In this document: in pieces, positions 36,190-49,140 of the stretch
Layout: every line of letters begins with the position of its first letter
Position numbering within the stretch: the stretch's first letter is position 1
DNA from: Octopus sinensis
Lineage: Eukaryota
Reading direction: 5' to 3'
Length of the DNA: 64,000 nucleotides
NCBI RefSeq assembly: GCF_006345805.1
Contig: NC_043007.1
Span: 28,644,001-28,708,000 of the forward strand
The notes under the pieces: generated by a model
Seen by the model: the letters and a program-made list of their open reading frames with translations, nothing else
What the model was told of the DNA's origin: nothing
Database searches by the model: none
Translations under genes and position numbers: made by a program

Positions 36190-38050
36190 TGAAGGTTGTT
36201 GTGTGAAAAGGAAGTATGAAGGGATTACCCTGTATATTAAACTTAATATTTAAAAATGGCTTGATGTGGGACGGGGGCAAAAAAAGAAAACCTATCGACA
36301 TTACCAAAACATTAAAGTTTGTAATATCCACAGTGGAACAATATGTGATAATAGAGAGAGAATGAAGTCAAGAGCTCAAGAAGTCACTGTTCACTGCTCA
36401 GACCCTATTTTTTCATAGGTTTAATGTGATACTTAAAATGGAACAAGCTTTTGAATGTATACCTCAAGGGTCATACTCAATGTAATGTACCAATAAGTAC
36501 AATGGTAATTAAGAAAAAATAAAGCAAAAGTTTAGAAAATGGAAAATGAAACTTGTATTGATCTTTTCTAGTTAGTTTTAGAGGTTTAAGAAGTTCTTGA
36601 ATTTGCATAAGATAAAAATGACCAGTGAAGCTGCCAGAGCTGGTCAGAGGCTGTTACTAATATCCAGAAGAAAATGATTGTTGTAGAGAGCTTCACACCA
36701 GACCAAGTGTACAATGCTGATGAAACTGTAGTTTGCTAAAAGTACATCCTTGTGAGAACTTTTATCTCTGGCGAAGAACAGCCTCTTCTTTGAGGAAATT
36801 CCATTGGTGATATAAAATTAAAGCTCCTTCTCATGTAACATTCCAAAAATCCAAGAGATTTCAAGGGTTACACAAAATTTAACCTACCTCTGATTTGGCA
36901 TTCAAATGAAAAAGCATGGATGACTAAAAACCTTTTCAAAGAGTTGGTTACAAACATTCTTTTTGACTTGTCAAAAGGTACAATGCCAGATGTAATATTT
37001 TCATCAAAGCATTGCTCCCTTTAGACAATGCCCCAAGCAACCCAGTAAACTTGCAGTTTTCTGATAATGTGAGAGTAAATAAAACATATCGCCAACAATT
37101 CAACTTCTTTTTTCTCGCTCATGAATAGAGTTGAGTCAGCTAATTTCAAGACATTATCTGAGAACTTTCAAACAATTTATGAAAGCAACTGACATGGATG
37201 GCAAACCTATAATTAGAGACTTCTAGAAGTTCAACACAATGGATGCTGCGGACAGCATAGCTGAGTCATGGAATGAAATGAAACCTTCATCTTTGAATTG
37301 CCAGATTGTATCTGTGCCTTTACAAGTTTTCTACCAGCAGAAAGTCGACATCAAATTCAGAAGGATAATGTGACACTTGCAAGTGATATCGGTCTCAAGA
37401 AGTCATAGAGGACGATGTGGCTGAGTTGCTGGTGTCTCATAGAGAAAGTTTATCGAATGAACAGCCGATGCTATTAGAACAAAAGCAAGCTGAAAATACG
37501 GACGGGAATGAGGAAATTCCATCAACTCCATTTAAATGCGAAAATTATTGCTGAAGGGTTGACACTTATAGAGGAACATTTTGCTGGTAAAAACTCTAAC
37601 CATGAACTTAAGCATAACATTTACAAGCAGAGTTTACTATGAGCTCAGTTTATACTCTGAACTGTCTGTAGAGATGATGCGCCAAAAACAACATATAACT
37701 TTGGATTTCTTTGCCCTTTAAGTAGATGTTGATGATAATGAAACATAAGATAGAAGACAGTGATCCTCAACCTCCGAGAATTCATTCCATCACCATCAAT
37801 AGTCAATACTCTACTACCATAATTTTTACCGAATGTTTTTATGGTTACATATTGTACTGAATTTATTTAGAAATTGTTATTTTCGAGCATAAAAGCGATC
37901 GAATTATTGTTGTATTTGTTAGTTTTCCGAGAAAAAGTTCGTCAGAATGCTTCCAACTTTCTAACATGAAAATCAATTAGCTTCATTTTACGGGATTTAA
38001 TGTTACAAGACTTCAAAAACGAATTACTTCTGCAACGTGGAGGATTCCTG
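36190..38050 (+). mobile_element. Highly decayed Tigger/pogo-family DNA transposon
   Basis: Broken motifs KRKYEGITL (CENP-B-like HTH), QVYNADET, SNEKAWMT..LF and LDNAPSNP; the end GGAGGATTCCTG-TA resembles a pogo TIR plus TA. Confidence 0.7.
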
Positions 38051-40274
38051 TATTTTATTATTATTAATGATGTGAAAATATAATATATCGAATTCTGTAT
38101 GACTTTATTTAATATTTGCTTTAATAAAAAGGAACCAGTGTGATTAAGAATCGCTTATTTTAACGAGAATTTTTGCAAATCTGTTTGATTTAATAAAAAA
38201 CGTTTTTCTTTTCGTTTCACAAACCCAACACTTTTGATGTAAAAAGAATAACCGATAAAACTAAATTAAGAATTGATGAAATATGTGGTTTGTATATATA
38301 AAAGAAATCAACACATTCTTTTGTTGACCTTATATATTTTCAGTAGAAAATGGGAATTGAATAGTTTTTCTGTGACAGAGGTTTTGCAATGAGCAGAATC
38401 TCATTCATTGAAGTTACGCCTCCTTGACGTCATCTTGACATTGTTTTTACTGGCAAAATAAACTTTCACACAGAGAAAACAATCAACAACCAGCAGACAA
38501 TGAACAAAATAAATAACAACAGAAGGACAACAATATATATATCCTGATTGTGAAGTTAGTTTACAAGAATAAATCACTTGCAATCGGCCAAATTTCCTTC
38601 CTCTCGAAAGGTGCCTGCTGCAACGTGGTTGATTTATTATAATTACATCGACATTTATTATAAACTCGATAACAATGTTGGTCGACTGTCGTCGTCTCGC
38701 AGAGAATTATTATATTTCCAACAAAAAGCAAGATTTTTTAGGGATTTCTAGTAAAAGGCTGGACAGCAACAGATATTAAAGAGAGAGGAACATCAACTGG
38801 GGTTTGGGGTCTTGTTACATCGGAATAATTACTGAAATAGGCAACGATTCCTTATTGATTCTTAGATTATTGATTATCGATTAAAGAATCGAATAGAGAA
38901 AGAAAGAAAAGATAAGAGGAAGAGAGATGCAGAGGGAGGAGAGAGAGAGAGGAGAAAAGGAAAGGTTGAGATGATGAATGGTGTAGGTTTCATTTGTTAA
39001 TGTTGTACGCGGTGGAATCTGTTGTAGGATTAAATTAAAAATTACTAACAACTGGAACATTAATATTACAATAGTCTTGAATGATTTCATTTTTCATCAA
39101 ATGCAGAATATAATTTTTGCTTTAATGATATCCAAGTTAGCAACACACAATCACACACACACACACACTTGTATGAAAGCCATTAAAGAGGAAGGCGGTG
39201 AGATTTCATCCATTCGTCGTAATTCCCACATAAACAATTTTTGCTTTGCTCTTTAATCTATGTCTGTTGAGTGAATAATTACTAATATATAAAATAGTTT
39301 ATGGCTTCACATTCCTCCCCACCGCCTTCTTTCAAACTATGGAGATGAAGATGTGTCTGGGTCAAGAGGAAATGCAATCAGCATTCGTGTCCGTCATTTT
39401 CCATCTGTCTTTCTATCTCCATTATGTGCTGTAACAAAGCCCTTCTTATATGAAAACGAAAGGGACCACATAGAAAGGACATTCCCTTGATTTAGAAATA
39501 AATCTTCATTTTACCTCTATAATCATTAAGATTAGTTAAACCGAGTTAATTACTGTTTTGTGGTCAATTTTAGACAAAGCAGAGCTCAGAATTTCTGTGG
39601 ACATTTAGTGATTCCACACGTGTAGTATAAAAACTGATGAGTTAACGAGGGAACCTGTGGTCATTGAGGCGAAATTAAATTCACTTCATTACCGTTTTAT
39701 GAAATATAATGAAAAAAATTGGAAATATATTTCAGAATTTTACAGATATTCTGGGAGTTTGGCATATGGTCTCTAAGTGGACACTTGAGTTTTGAACAGG
39801 GACATTTATTTAGCTACATATGCATGTGTGTGTATACACACACACACACACATATATATATATAATAATTATTATTATTTAAAAGAGTTTGATTTGGTTC
39901 CGTGTCACTCTCTTCGCAGGTCCCTAACGTGAGCCAGACCCCTTCAGGCTTCTAGAATGCCGAATATATATATATATACTCATACAGACGTGTAATAAAC
40001 ACATACAGAATACAAGATATTTATACATGTATGTATATATACATACGTGAGTTAAATACTGTAAATATTCAAAATATATATTGAGTATTTCTACGTAAAT
40101 ATGTACCCAAATAATTGTATCTGCAGAGAGGGTGTGGGTACATGTGCACCAAGGGGCCGGGGGGGGGAGATAGGTACAAGGAAAAGGAAGAGAGAGAAAG
40201 AGAGAAAGAGAAGACGAATAATAGTAAGAAATTGTAATTAGTCATGTGGAGTGGCTGCAGCAGGAGCGCCGGGG

Positions 40275-40305
<31 letters not shown>

Positions 40306-40331
40306 GTGCGTGTGTGTATGTATAACTATAT

Positions 40332-40364
<33 letters not shown>

Positions 40365-41466
40365 CTTGCGTATGTATGCATATATATGTATTTATTGATA
40401 CACACAGAAATTGAAATGTGTCTCTCTGTCTTCTCAGACACATAAATGAAGACAGGATTGCGAAAGAAGGCAAAAATAAGACAAAAGTGTGTGAAATAGC
40501 AAATGGAACCAAGTGTTGCAAGCAGTTCTTACAGTGAAAGCTAACGCTAGAGTTATGTAGCCATGGGTTGTAGACCTATGTCACAGACAATCTAGCCATG
40601 CCCATTCCTCTTTTATTTCTGACATTGTCTTACTACAACTACATTATCCAAGGAATGCTTTTTTTTCTTTTAAAATAATGTGTATCTGAGGGAGATTTTG
40701 CTGCTATTTCTAGTAGGTCGAACGACCACATCATATATAGAATTTATATATATATATATATATATAATGAATCCGTAATTGTGCGAATAGAGAGAGAGAG
40801 AGTAAATGTCTGTAAGTAAATGATAGAGACTGGAGAGAGAAGGAATGGTGGAGAGAAAAGACAGACTAAAGGTCCATAGATGAATGGAAGGGAAAGAGTA
40901 AATAGAGTGAAGGAGGAATAATTGATTACAAAGAGATAGCGAGGGAGTAATGTGTGAGTGATAGAAAGAGGAGAAACAGTTTAATACAGAGAGAGACAGA
41001 GTAGCAGCATATTTTTGCCCCGTCATCGTCGTCGCTCAATAGGAATTGAGGGAGGCATCATTTTATCCTCACTGGACATTGAGGGGAGGAGGTAAAAGTA
41101 AATGACTACAAAGAAGAGAGGATAAAGTTGTAGTGAGAGGAGAAAAAGAGCAAAAGTGGGTGACAACAAGGTAGCACCTCCTCCTACACCTCCTTTACAC
41201 AATGACGGATGTACTGTACCTCCCCTTCTAAAGATGGCATGAAATGGTAGGAGGAACAGAAATAATGAAATAGCATGAAGTATAGAGAGGGAAAAAAACC
41301 TCCCCTTTCTCCTCGCCGACATCGTTGACAGTAGAAGACATAGAAGAGGAGAAGTTCTCCTCCCCTTCAATTATTGAAACACAAAGAGGAAAGAGAGAGT
41401 AGCAGCGAGGGAGAGTAAGAGAGAGAGAGATCGACGTCCCTTTATGAAAGTTGTTGCTGTTGGAAA

Positions 41467-41577
41467 ATGCCTTCCTCTACTAAACCAAAAACCGAGACCT
41501 CGAATGAGGTCCAAGACCCTCTCAGACAGGCGCTCAGCTTAGTCGAGAAGAAAGTCCGCAATCTGGAAAAGCGTAAA
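41467..41577 (+). CDS. CAPRIN1: Caprin-family protein, first coding exon; the rest of the gene was not found in the window
   Basis: MPSSTKPKTETSNEVQDPLRQALSLVEKKVRNLEKRK resembles the Caprin N-terminus (MPS start, ...KKLRNLEKKK). It is followed by a GTGAGT donor at 41578 and lies in a CpG-rich region with a GA-rich leader. Confidence 0.88.
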
Positions 41578-41789
41578 GTGAGTAGGGTTCAAAATAAGAA
41601 AATATCTGGAGAGAAAATCTCTTATTTTCTTCCTTCTCTTTTATTACAGTCGCAAATATTCACATATTTTACTCCAATTTTCCCCTCATTTGTCCCAATC
41701 TCTCCCTTCATGGCCCCTATTTCGTGCCTTCCTGTCCTTTATGTCTCCTTTTTTTACCTCCACTTTTAGCATTTGAGGACATTTATTAC

Positions 41790-41855
41790 CATACACACAC
41801 ACACACACCTATAGATGTATATAGGAGGATATATGTGTGCCTTTGTGTATGTATG

Positions 41856-41886
<31 letters not shown>

Positions 41887-43312
41887 GTTTATATGAATAT
41901 ATATAGATATATACATTTGTATGGGTGTATATATTTAGATGTATACGTTTATATGGGTATATCAGGATATATATATATATATATTCATATATATGTATAC
42001 ATTTATATCAGTATGTATGTGTATATACATTTATGAGTATACATTTATATATAAATATATGTATATAGAATGTATGTATATGTATATATTTATAGAATCT
42101 GTGTGTGTGTGTGTGTATATATATAATGTGTATGTATATGTAATGTATATGTCTAGATATATGTGTATATGTGAATGTATATATGTGTATGTGTGTGTGT
42201 ATGTATATATATATATGTGTGTGTATATATATGTGTATGTTATATATATATGTGTGTGTGTATATGTATATATATGTGTATATGTATATATATATGTGTA
42301 TGTATGTATATATATGTATACAAATGTCTATATATATACACATGTATATACGTATACTTACATGTATATATATATGTATACATACGTGTACATATGTATA
42401 CATGTATATATATATATGCATTTAAATACGTATATATGTATACATACATGTATACTTATACATGCATATATATGTATGTATGCATACATATACATATGCA
42501 TATATACGTACATATGTATATGTATGTATACATACATTTAGATAGGTGTGGCACGTCTGTGCCGATTGCACGTCTGTGCCGATGGCACGTAAAAAGCACC
42601 CACTACACTCACGGAGTGGTTGGCGTTAGGAGGGGCATCCAGCCGTAGAAACATTGCCAGATCAGACTGGGCCTGGTGCAGCCTTCTGGCTTCCCAGACC
42701 CCAGTTGAACTGTCCAACCCATGCTAGTATGGAAACCAGACGCTAAGCGATGATGATGTATATATATATATGTGTGTGTATGTATATATATGTGTGTATG
42801 TATGAGTATGTATGTATATATGTGTATGTATATATATATGTGTATGTATATATATATATGTATGTATGTATATAATATATGTATATATATATATGTATGT
42901 ATGTATATAATATATGTAATATATATATATATGTGTATGTATAAAATATATGTATATATATATATGTGTATGTATATAATATATGTATATATATATATGT
43001 ATGTATGTATATATATATATGTGTATGTATATTAATATATATATATATATATGTGTATGTATATAATTATGTATATATATATGTTATATATATATATGTA
43101 TATATATGGTATGTATATAATATATGTATATATATGTGTATATATATATATTATATGTATATATATATGTGTGTATGTATATATATGTGTATGTATATAA
43201 TATATGTATATATATATATGTATATAGATATGTGTGTATATATATAATGTCTATATATTTGTGTCTATATATGTGTGTACATGTATGCATATTCATTTTC
43301 ATTTTATATTTG

Positions 43313-43349
<37 letters not shown>

Positions 43350-43745
43350 ATATATGTATATATGCGAATATGTATATATGTGTGTGTGTGTATATATGTA
43401 TATATGCGAATATGTATATATGTGTATGTATGTGTATATGTGTGTGTATACATGTGTATATTTGTATATATATATATATGTGTGTGTGTGTATATGTATA
43501 TATATATACTTGTGGATATGGATATATGCATATATATGTGTATATGTATATATATATACTTGTGGATATGTATATATACATATGGTTATATGTGTATATG
43601 TATATATATACGTGCATGTATGTATATATATGCGTATATCTATACGTGTATATATTTATATATATATATTTATGTGTATATATATGTATTTGTATATGTA
43701 TATGTGTATATATATGTATTTGTGTATGTATATATACATGTGATG
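41790..43745. repeat. Compound (TA)n/(TG)n/(TATG)n microsatellite, interrupted by an RTE tail at 42555-42760
   Basis: Read directly from the sequence. Confidence 0.97.
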
Positions 43746-46499
43746 CATGTAACCTTTTAATCTGCAACACTAACTTCAGGAAGCTAGACAGCCCCCTTAT
43801 AACCTATCAGTCAGCAGACTCTGCTAGCCAGATTGATTTCATCCTCACCAGACAGCGGGACGCAGGGTTGCTCTTAAATACAATGACCCTCCCGGGGGAA
43901 GAATGTGCCCCTCAGCATAGCCTAGTCATTAGTGACTTTAGGCTTGAGGCCAGAAGGATATGAAGAAGCGGACCAATCCAGAAAAGAAGGATTTGAAAGC
44001 TAAAGAACCCTTCACATGACCAGAGAATTAGGGGCATCCTCATCAAGAAATTTGATGAGAGGGAGGAGGAGCTACAGACGTTGGACATAGAAGGTAGCTG
44101 GAAATTCCTATGGGACAGCTTGCTGAGTGTCACAGACCAAGTCTGCGGATGGTGCAAAGTCGCTTCCAGACTTAGTTACGTGGTGGTGGAATAGTACAGT
44201 AGACAAAGCCATTAGAGCAAAGAAACAGCCTGGAAAGCCTGGAGGGATGGGGGTAGCATGGAACTGTACCAGGTAGCCAAAAGGGAGGCTGGGCGGCTGG
44301 TATATATAGCCAAGGGTGAAGCAAAAAGAAGTTTGCCAATGTCCAGCGATGTGAGGACCAAAGAACTGAGGTATTTCGGATTGCAAGACTGTGTGTGAGA
44401 GAAAATTGTAATGTCACAAGAGAGAAATGCGTCCGCATGGATGATGGTGCACTTGCTTTCAATGTTTCTGAAAAGAAAGAGGCTTCGAGAAGTCATTATG
44501 AGAGACTGCTGAATGTGGAGAATGAATGGGAGGAGGAGAGCCTGCCAAATGTTGACCCAGTAGAGGGACCAGCTATCCGAATAGACAGCTCCCTAGTAGA
44601 TAAAGCAATTAAGGGTATGAAACCAGGAAAAGCCCCTGGCCCATCAGGAATCACTGCTGAGATGCTTAAAACATCAAGTGGTGTGGGCTATGTCCTAGTC
44701 ACCCGCGTTGTAAACCAGGTAGTTCATAATGGAGTCATACCCAATGACTGGCGTAGCAGCACCATAGTCAACTGCTACAAGGGTAAAGGTGATGCTCTAG
44801 ATAGAAATAACTACAGGGGTATTAAACTTTTGGATCAGGTGAAGGTCACAGAGAGGGTCATAGCCCATCTCATTCGGGAGAGAGTTTGCTTAGATGAGAT
44901 GCAGTTCGGTTTTGTGCCGGGTAGAAGCACCACTGATGCCATATTCCTGGTTCGACAACTGCAGGAGAAATACCTAGTTAAAGATAAACTCTACATAGCT
45001 TTTGTGGACTTGGAGAAAGCCTTTGACAGGGTCCCCCAATCCCTTGTGGGCGATACGGAAACTGGATATTCATGAATGGTTAATAAGGGCTTTACAGGCC
45101 CTATACAGAGAGGCCGTCAGCAAGGTTAGGATTGGCAATTAGTGAAGAATTCCAGGTAGAAGTAGGGGTCCACCAAGGTTCAGCCCTGAGTCCCCTTTTA
45201 TTCATCATAGTCCTCCAGGCAACAACAGAGGAATTCAAGACGGGTTGCCCCTGGAAGCTCCTCTATGCTGATGACCTGGCCCTCATAGCAGAATCACTAC
45301 CGGAACTAGAAAAGAAATTTCTGGTGTGGGAGCTAGGTTTAGAATCAAAAGGCTTTAGAGTCAATGTAGCAAAGACCAAAGTTCTAGTAAGTAGGAAGGC
45401 AAACACACCACACACCCCTTCATGTAGGTGGTCCTGCTCGATCTGTAGAAAAGGTGTAAGTAGAAACTCCATAAGATGTACTCAGTGTAAGCTATGGACA
45501 CATAAGAGGTGCAACAACATTAAAGGAAAATTAAACGAGAAGATAGCTTTCGTGTGTGGCAGATTGACAGGGGTAATAGAAACCATTGATACTCAGAAAA
45601 CAGATTCCATTACACTCCTGGAGGAGAAATTAGAAGTAGTTGATAGTTTCCACTACCTAGGTGACCAAGTTAGTAGTTGGGATGGATGCTCAGAGAGTGT
45701 TACCACTAGAATACGAATAGCCTGGGCAAAGTTTAGAAAGCTCCTACCCCTACTGGTGACAAAGAGTCTCTCACTCAGAGTGAAAGGTAGATTGTACGAC
45801 GCATGTGTGCGAACTGCCAGGCTTCACGGTAGTGAAACACGGGCTGTGACTGCAGAGGACATGCGTAGGCTTGAAAGAAATGAAGCTAGCAGGATCCACT
45901 GGATGTGTAATGTCACTGTGCATACATACACAACAGAGCGTAAGTGCCCTGAGAGAAATGCTGGACATAAGAAGCATCGGATGTGGCGTGGTATGGTCAT
46001 GTACTACGGATGGATGAGGAGAGATGTGTGAAGAAGTGGCACTACTAAACAGTTGAAGGAATCCGGGGTAGAGGTAGACCCAGGAAGACATGGGATGAGG
46101 TGGTCAAGAATGACCTTCAAACGGGTCTCACAGGCAATGGCGAAAGACTGAGACCTCTGGAAATATACTGTGACTGTGAAGACCCGACAAATAATGTGAG
46201 TCCGTGGTTGTTTCCTGTACCAACTTCACATAGAAGCACCAGCTCTTCCAAAGTACCTTGGATCATAGGGCAACCTGCCATGCTAGAGGAGACCTATTGA
46301 GTCAAGTACATCAACATCAAAAAATCAAATGGAAATTATAGTTGTGATAACTGTGCAGGTGGCACGTAAAAAGCACCATTCGTACGTGGCCGATGCCAGT
46401 GCCGCCTTGACTGGCTTCCGTACCGGTGGCATGTAAAAAGCACCAACCAATCGTGGCTGTTGCCAGCCTCGCCTGGCACCTGTGCTGGTGGCACCTAAA
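43740..46499 (+). mobile_element. RTE-clade LINE, 5'-truncated: endonuclease C-terminus, RT, PHD-like finger and 3' UTR running into the gap; frameshifted
   Basis: QIDFILTR...GEECAPQH; GKAPGPSGI; NYRGIKLL; QFGFVPGRSTTDAIF; DLEKAFD; HQGSALSPLLF; YADD; YLGDQV. Confidence 0.95.
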
Positions 46500-46599
46500 N
46501 NNNNNNNNNNNNNNNNNNNNNNNNNNNNNNNNNNNNNNNNNNNNNNNNNNNNNNNNNNNNNNNNNNNNNNNNNNNNNNNNNNNNNNNNNNNNNNNNNNN
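46500..46599. other. Assembly gap (100 N)
   Basis: Run of N; true length unknown. Confidence 0.99.
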
Positions 46600-47385
46600 A
46601 AAAGTAGGTGAAAATTGTTGCCTAAATGCCTTAAGACTAGTGTTAATTCGGTGGAGGAGGAAGTGTCATGGTTTGGGGAATGATATCTGGAGATGTGTGG
46701 GCCCTTTTGTGTGATTACATGGAAATGTAAATGCAGGAGTTTATAAAACACTTGTAAAAGATCCTGTCTTGCCTGTGCTGAGAAAATTCAAACTAAGCGA
46801 CCACCATATTCATGCAGGACAATGCCCCATGTCACAAGGCTAAGGTGGTCATGAACTTCCTCAAGGCTGAAAAGGTTTTATTGTTATGGATTGGCCTACT
46901 CAAAGCCCAGATCTCAATCCTCTATTGAAAATGTTGTGGAAATATTCTAGGAGAATGTTTGAAAGCCGAAAATCCTAAAACAACTGAGCCAATTATGGAA
47001 TGCCCTTCAGGAAGAATAGAATAAGATCACCTAGCAAGAAATTGAAAATTTAATTTCCTCATGCAGTCAAAGATGTCAGAGTGTGATTGAAGCTAAAGGG
47101 CTTCACACTAAATATTAAATAATTCAGTATTCTCTGTCATTTTTGATTATTTTTGTATTTTTTTCAACCGTTCTGATCATTTGGCTGCCATGGGTTTTGC
47201 AGTAAATCACTAAATCATCATAACTTTGGTATTATCCTCTCAAATACACCAAAATCTCAGACAATAACAATTAATATTGTATTTATTGTCTGTGAAAATT
47301 ATAGAATATAAAACTACTTTGATAAAAACTTATACCTACTTTTCTGACGAAAACAATGCCGTTCTGAACATTTTGACCGCAACTG
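46600..47385 (+). mobile_element. Tc1-family transposon, right half (different family from the 29.4 kb copy)
   Basis: GGGSVMVWG, FMQDNAPCHKA, WPTQSPDLNP and EAKGLHTKY*. Ends ...CATTTTGACCGCAACTG-TA; the left part is lost in the gap. Confidence 0.88.
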
Positions 47386-48034
47386 TATATATGTATATAT
47401 ATATATATATATACATATATACAGAGTTCATTGGACACTAAACTCTGCTTGCGAAGACCTATTGGAGCAAGTGAAATCGGAATCGAAATTGAACCAATCC
47501 TATGACTGGCACCCGGCAGTTGCCAGGACCGCTGGACTGACTCCTGTGCAGGTGGCAAGTGAAGAAACACCATTTCGACCCTGTGCTTGAGGAGATCCAT
47601 TGAGTCAAGTACACCAACATCAAAATCAATGAAACTGCAGTTGTGATCCCTGAGCTGGTGGCACGTAAACAGCACCATCTTAAGGTGGCCGATGCCAGTG
47701 CCGCCTAGACTGGCTTCTGTGCCGGTGGCACGTAAAAAGCGCTATCCGAATCGTGGCCGATGCCAGTGTCGCTTCGACTGGCTTCCGTGTCGGTGGCACG
47801 TAAAAAGCACCAATCCGATCGTGGCCGTTGCCAGCCTCGCCTGGCACCTGTGCAGGTGGCACGTAAAAAGCACCCACTACACTCAAGGAGTGGTTGGCGT
47901 TATGAAGGGCATCCAGCTGTAGAAACACTGCCAGATCAGACTGGAGCCTGGCGCAGCCTTCTGGCTTCCCAGACCCTAGTTGAACTGTCCAACCCATGCT
48001 AGCATGGAAAGCAGACATTGAACGATGATGATGA

Positions 48035-48205
48035 TGTATGTATATATATGTGTATATATGTATGTGTATATATATGTATATATGTTTATCTATGTGTTTA
48101 TATGTATATATATATATATGTATGTATATATATGTATATATATGTATATATATGTATGTATATATATATATGTATGTATATATATATATGTATATATATG
48201 TATGT

Positions 48206-48246
<41 letters not shown>

Positions 48247-48383
48247 TATGTATATATATATATGTATATATATATATGTATATATATATATGTATATATA
48301 TGTATGTATGTATATATGTATGTATGTATATATATATGCATGTATGTATATATGTATGTATGTATATATATATGTATGTATGT

Positions 48384-48414
<31 letters not shown>

Positions 48415-48749
48415 TTTATGTATATGTATGTATGTATATATATATATAGGTATGTATGTATATATATATATATGTATTTATGTATATGTATCTATATATA
48501 TATATATATATATGATTATTTATGTATATGTATATATATATATTATATATATATGTATGTATATGTAATGTATATATATAATATATATATATGTATGTAT
48601 TTTGTATATGTAATGTATGATATTATATATAAATGTATATGTATTATATATATATAGTATGTAATAATTTATGTATATGTATGTAATAAATATATATATA
48701 TAATATATATGTATGTATTTATGTATTATGTATGTATTATGTATATGTA

Positions 48750-48790
<41 letters not shown>

Positions 48791-49140
48791 ATTTATGTAT
48801 ATGTATGTATTTATGTATATGTATGTATTTATGTATATGTATGTATTTATGTATGTATATATGTATGTATGTTATATATATGTATATGTATGTATGTATA
48901 TATATATGTGTATGTATGTATATATATGTGTATGTATGTATATATATATATGTTATATATATATATATGTAGTATTATGTATGTATGTATTAAGTATATA
49001 TATATATATATATGTATGTATTATATATGTATGTATGTATATATATATATGTATGTAGTATATATATATATATGTATGTATGTATATCATATATATGTAT
49101 GTATGTATATATATATATGTATGTATGTATATATATAGTA
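48035..49140. repeat. (TA)n/(TATG)n microsatellite
   Basis: Read directly from the sequence. Confidence 0.97.

Noticed and set aside
39635-39685. CTGATGAG...GCGAAA as a further hammerhead
   Set aside because: Stem II is poor, there is no palindromic or paired stem III, and there is no stem I.
41578-41769. Continuation of the Caprin ORF beyond EKRK
   Set aside because: Similarity ends at a consensus GTGAGT donor, and the rest is pyrimidine-rich intron.
46340-47890. GGTGGCACGTAAAAAGCACC repeats with spacers, superficially CRISPR-like
   Set aside because: The spacers are homologous to one another, the array is part of an RTE 3' UTR in a eukaryote, and there are no cas genes.
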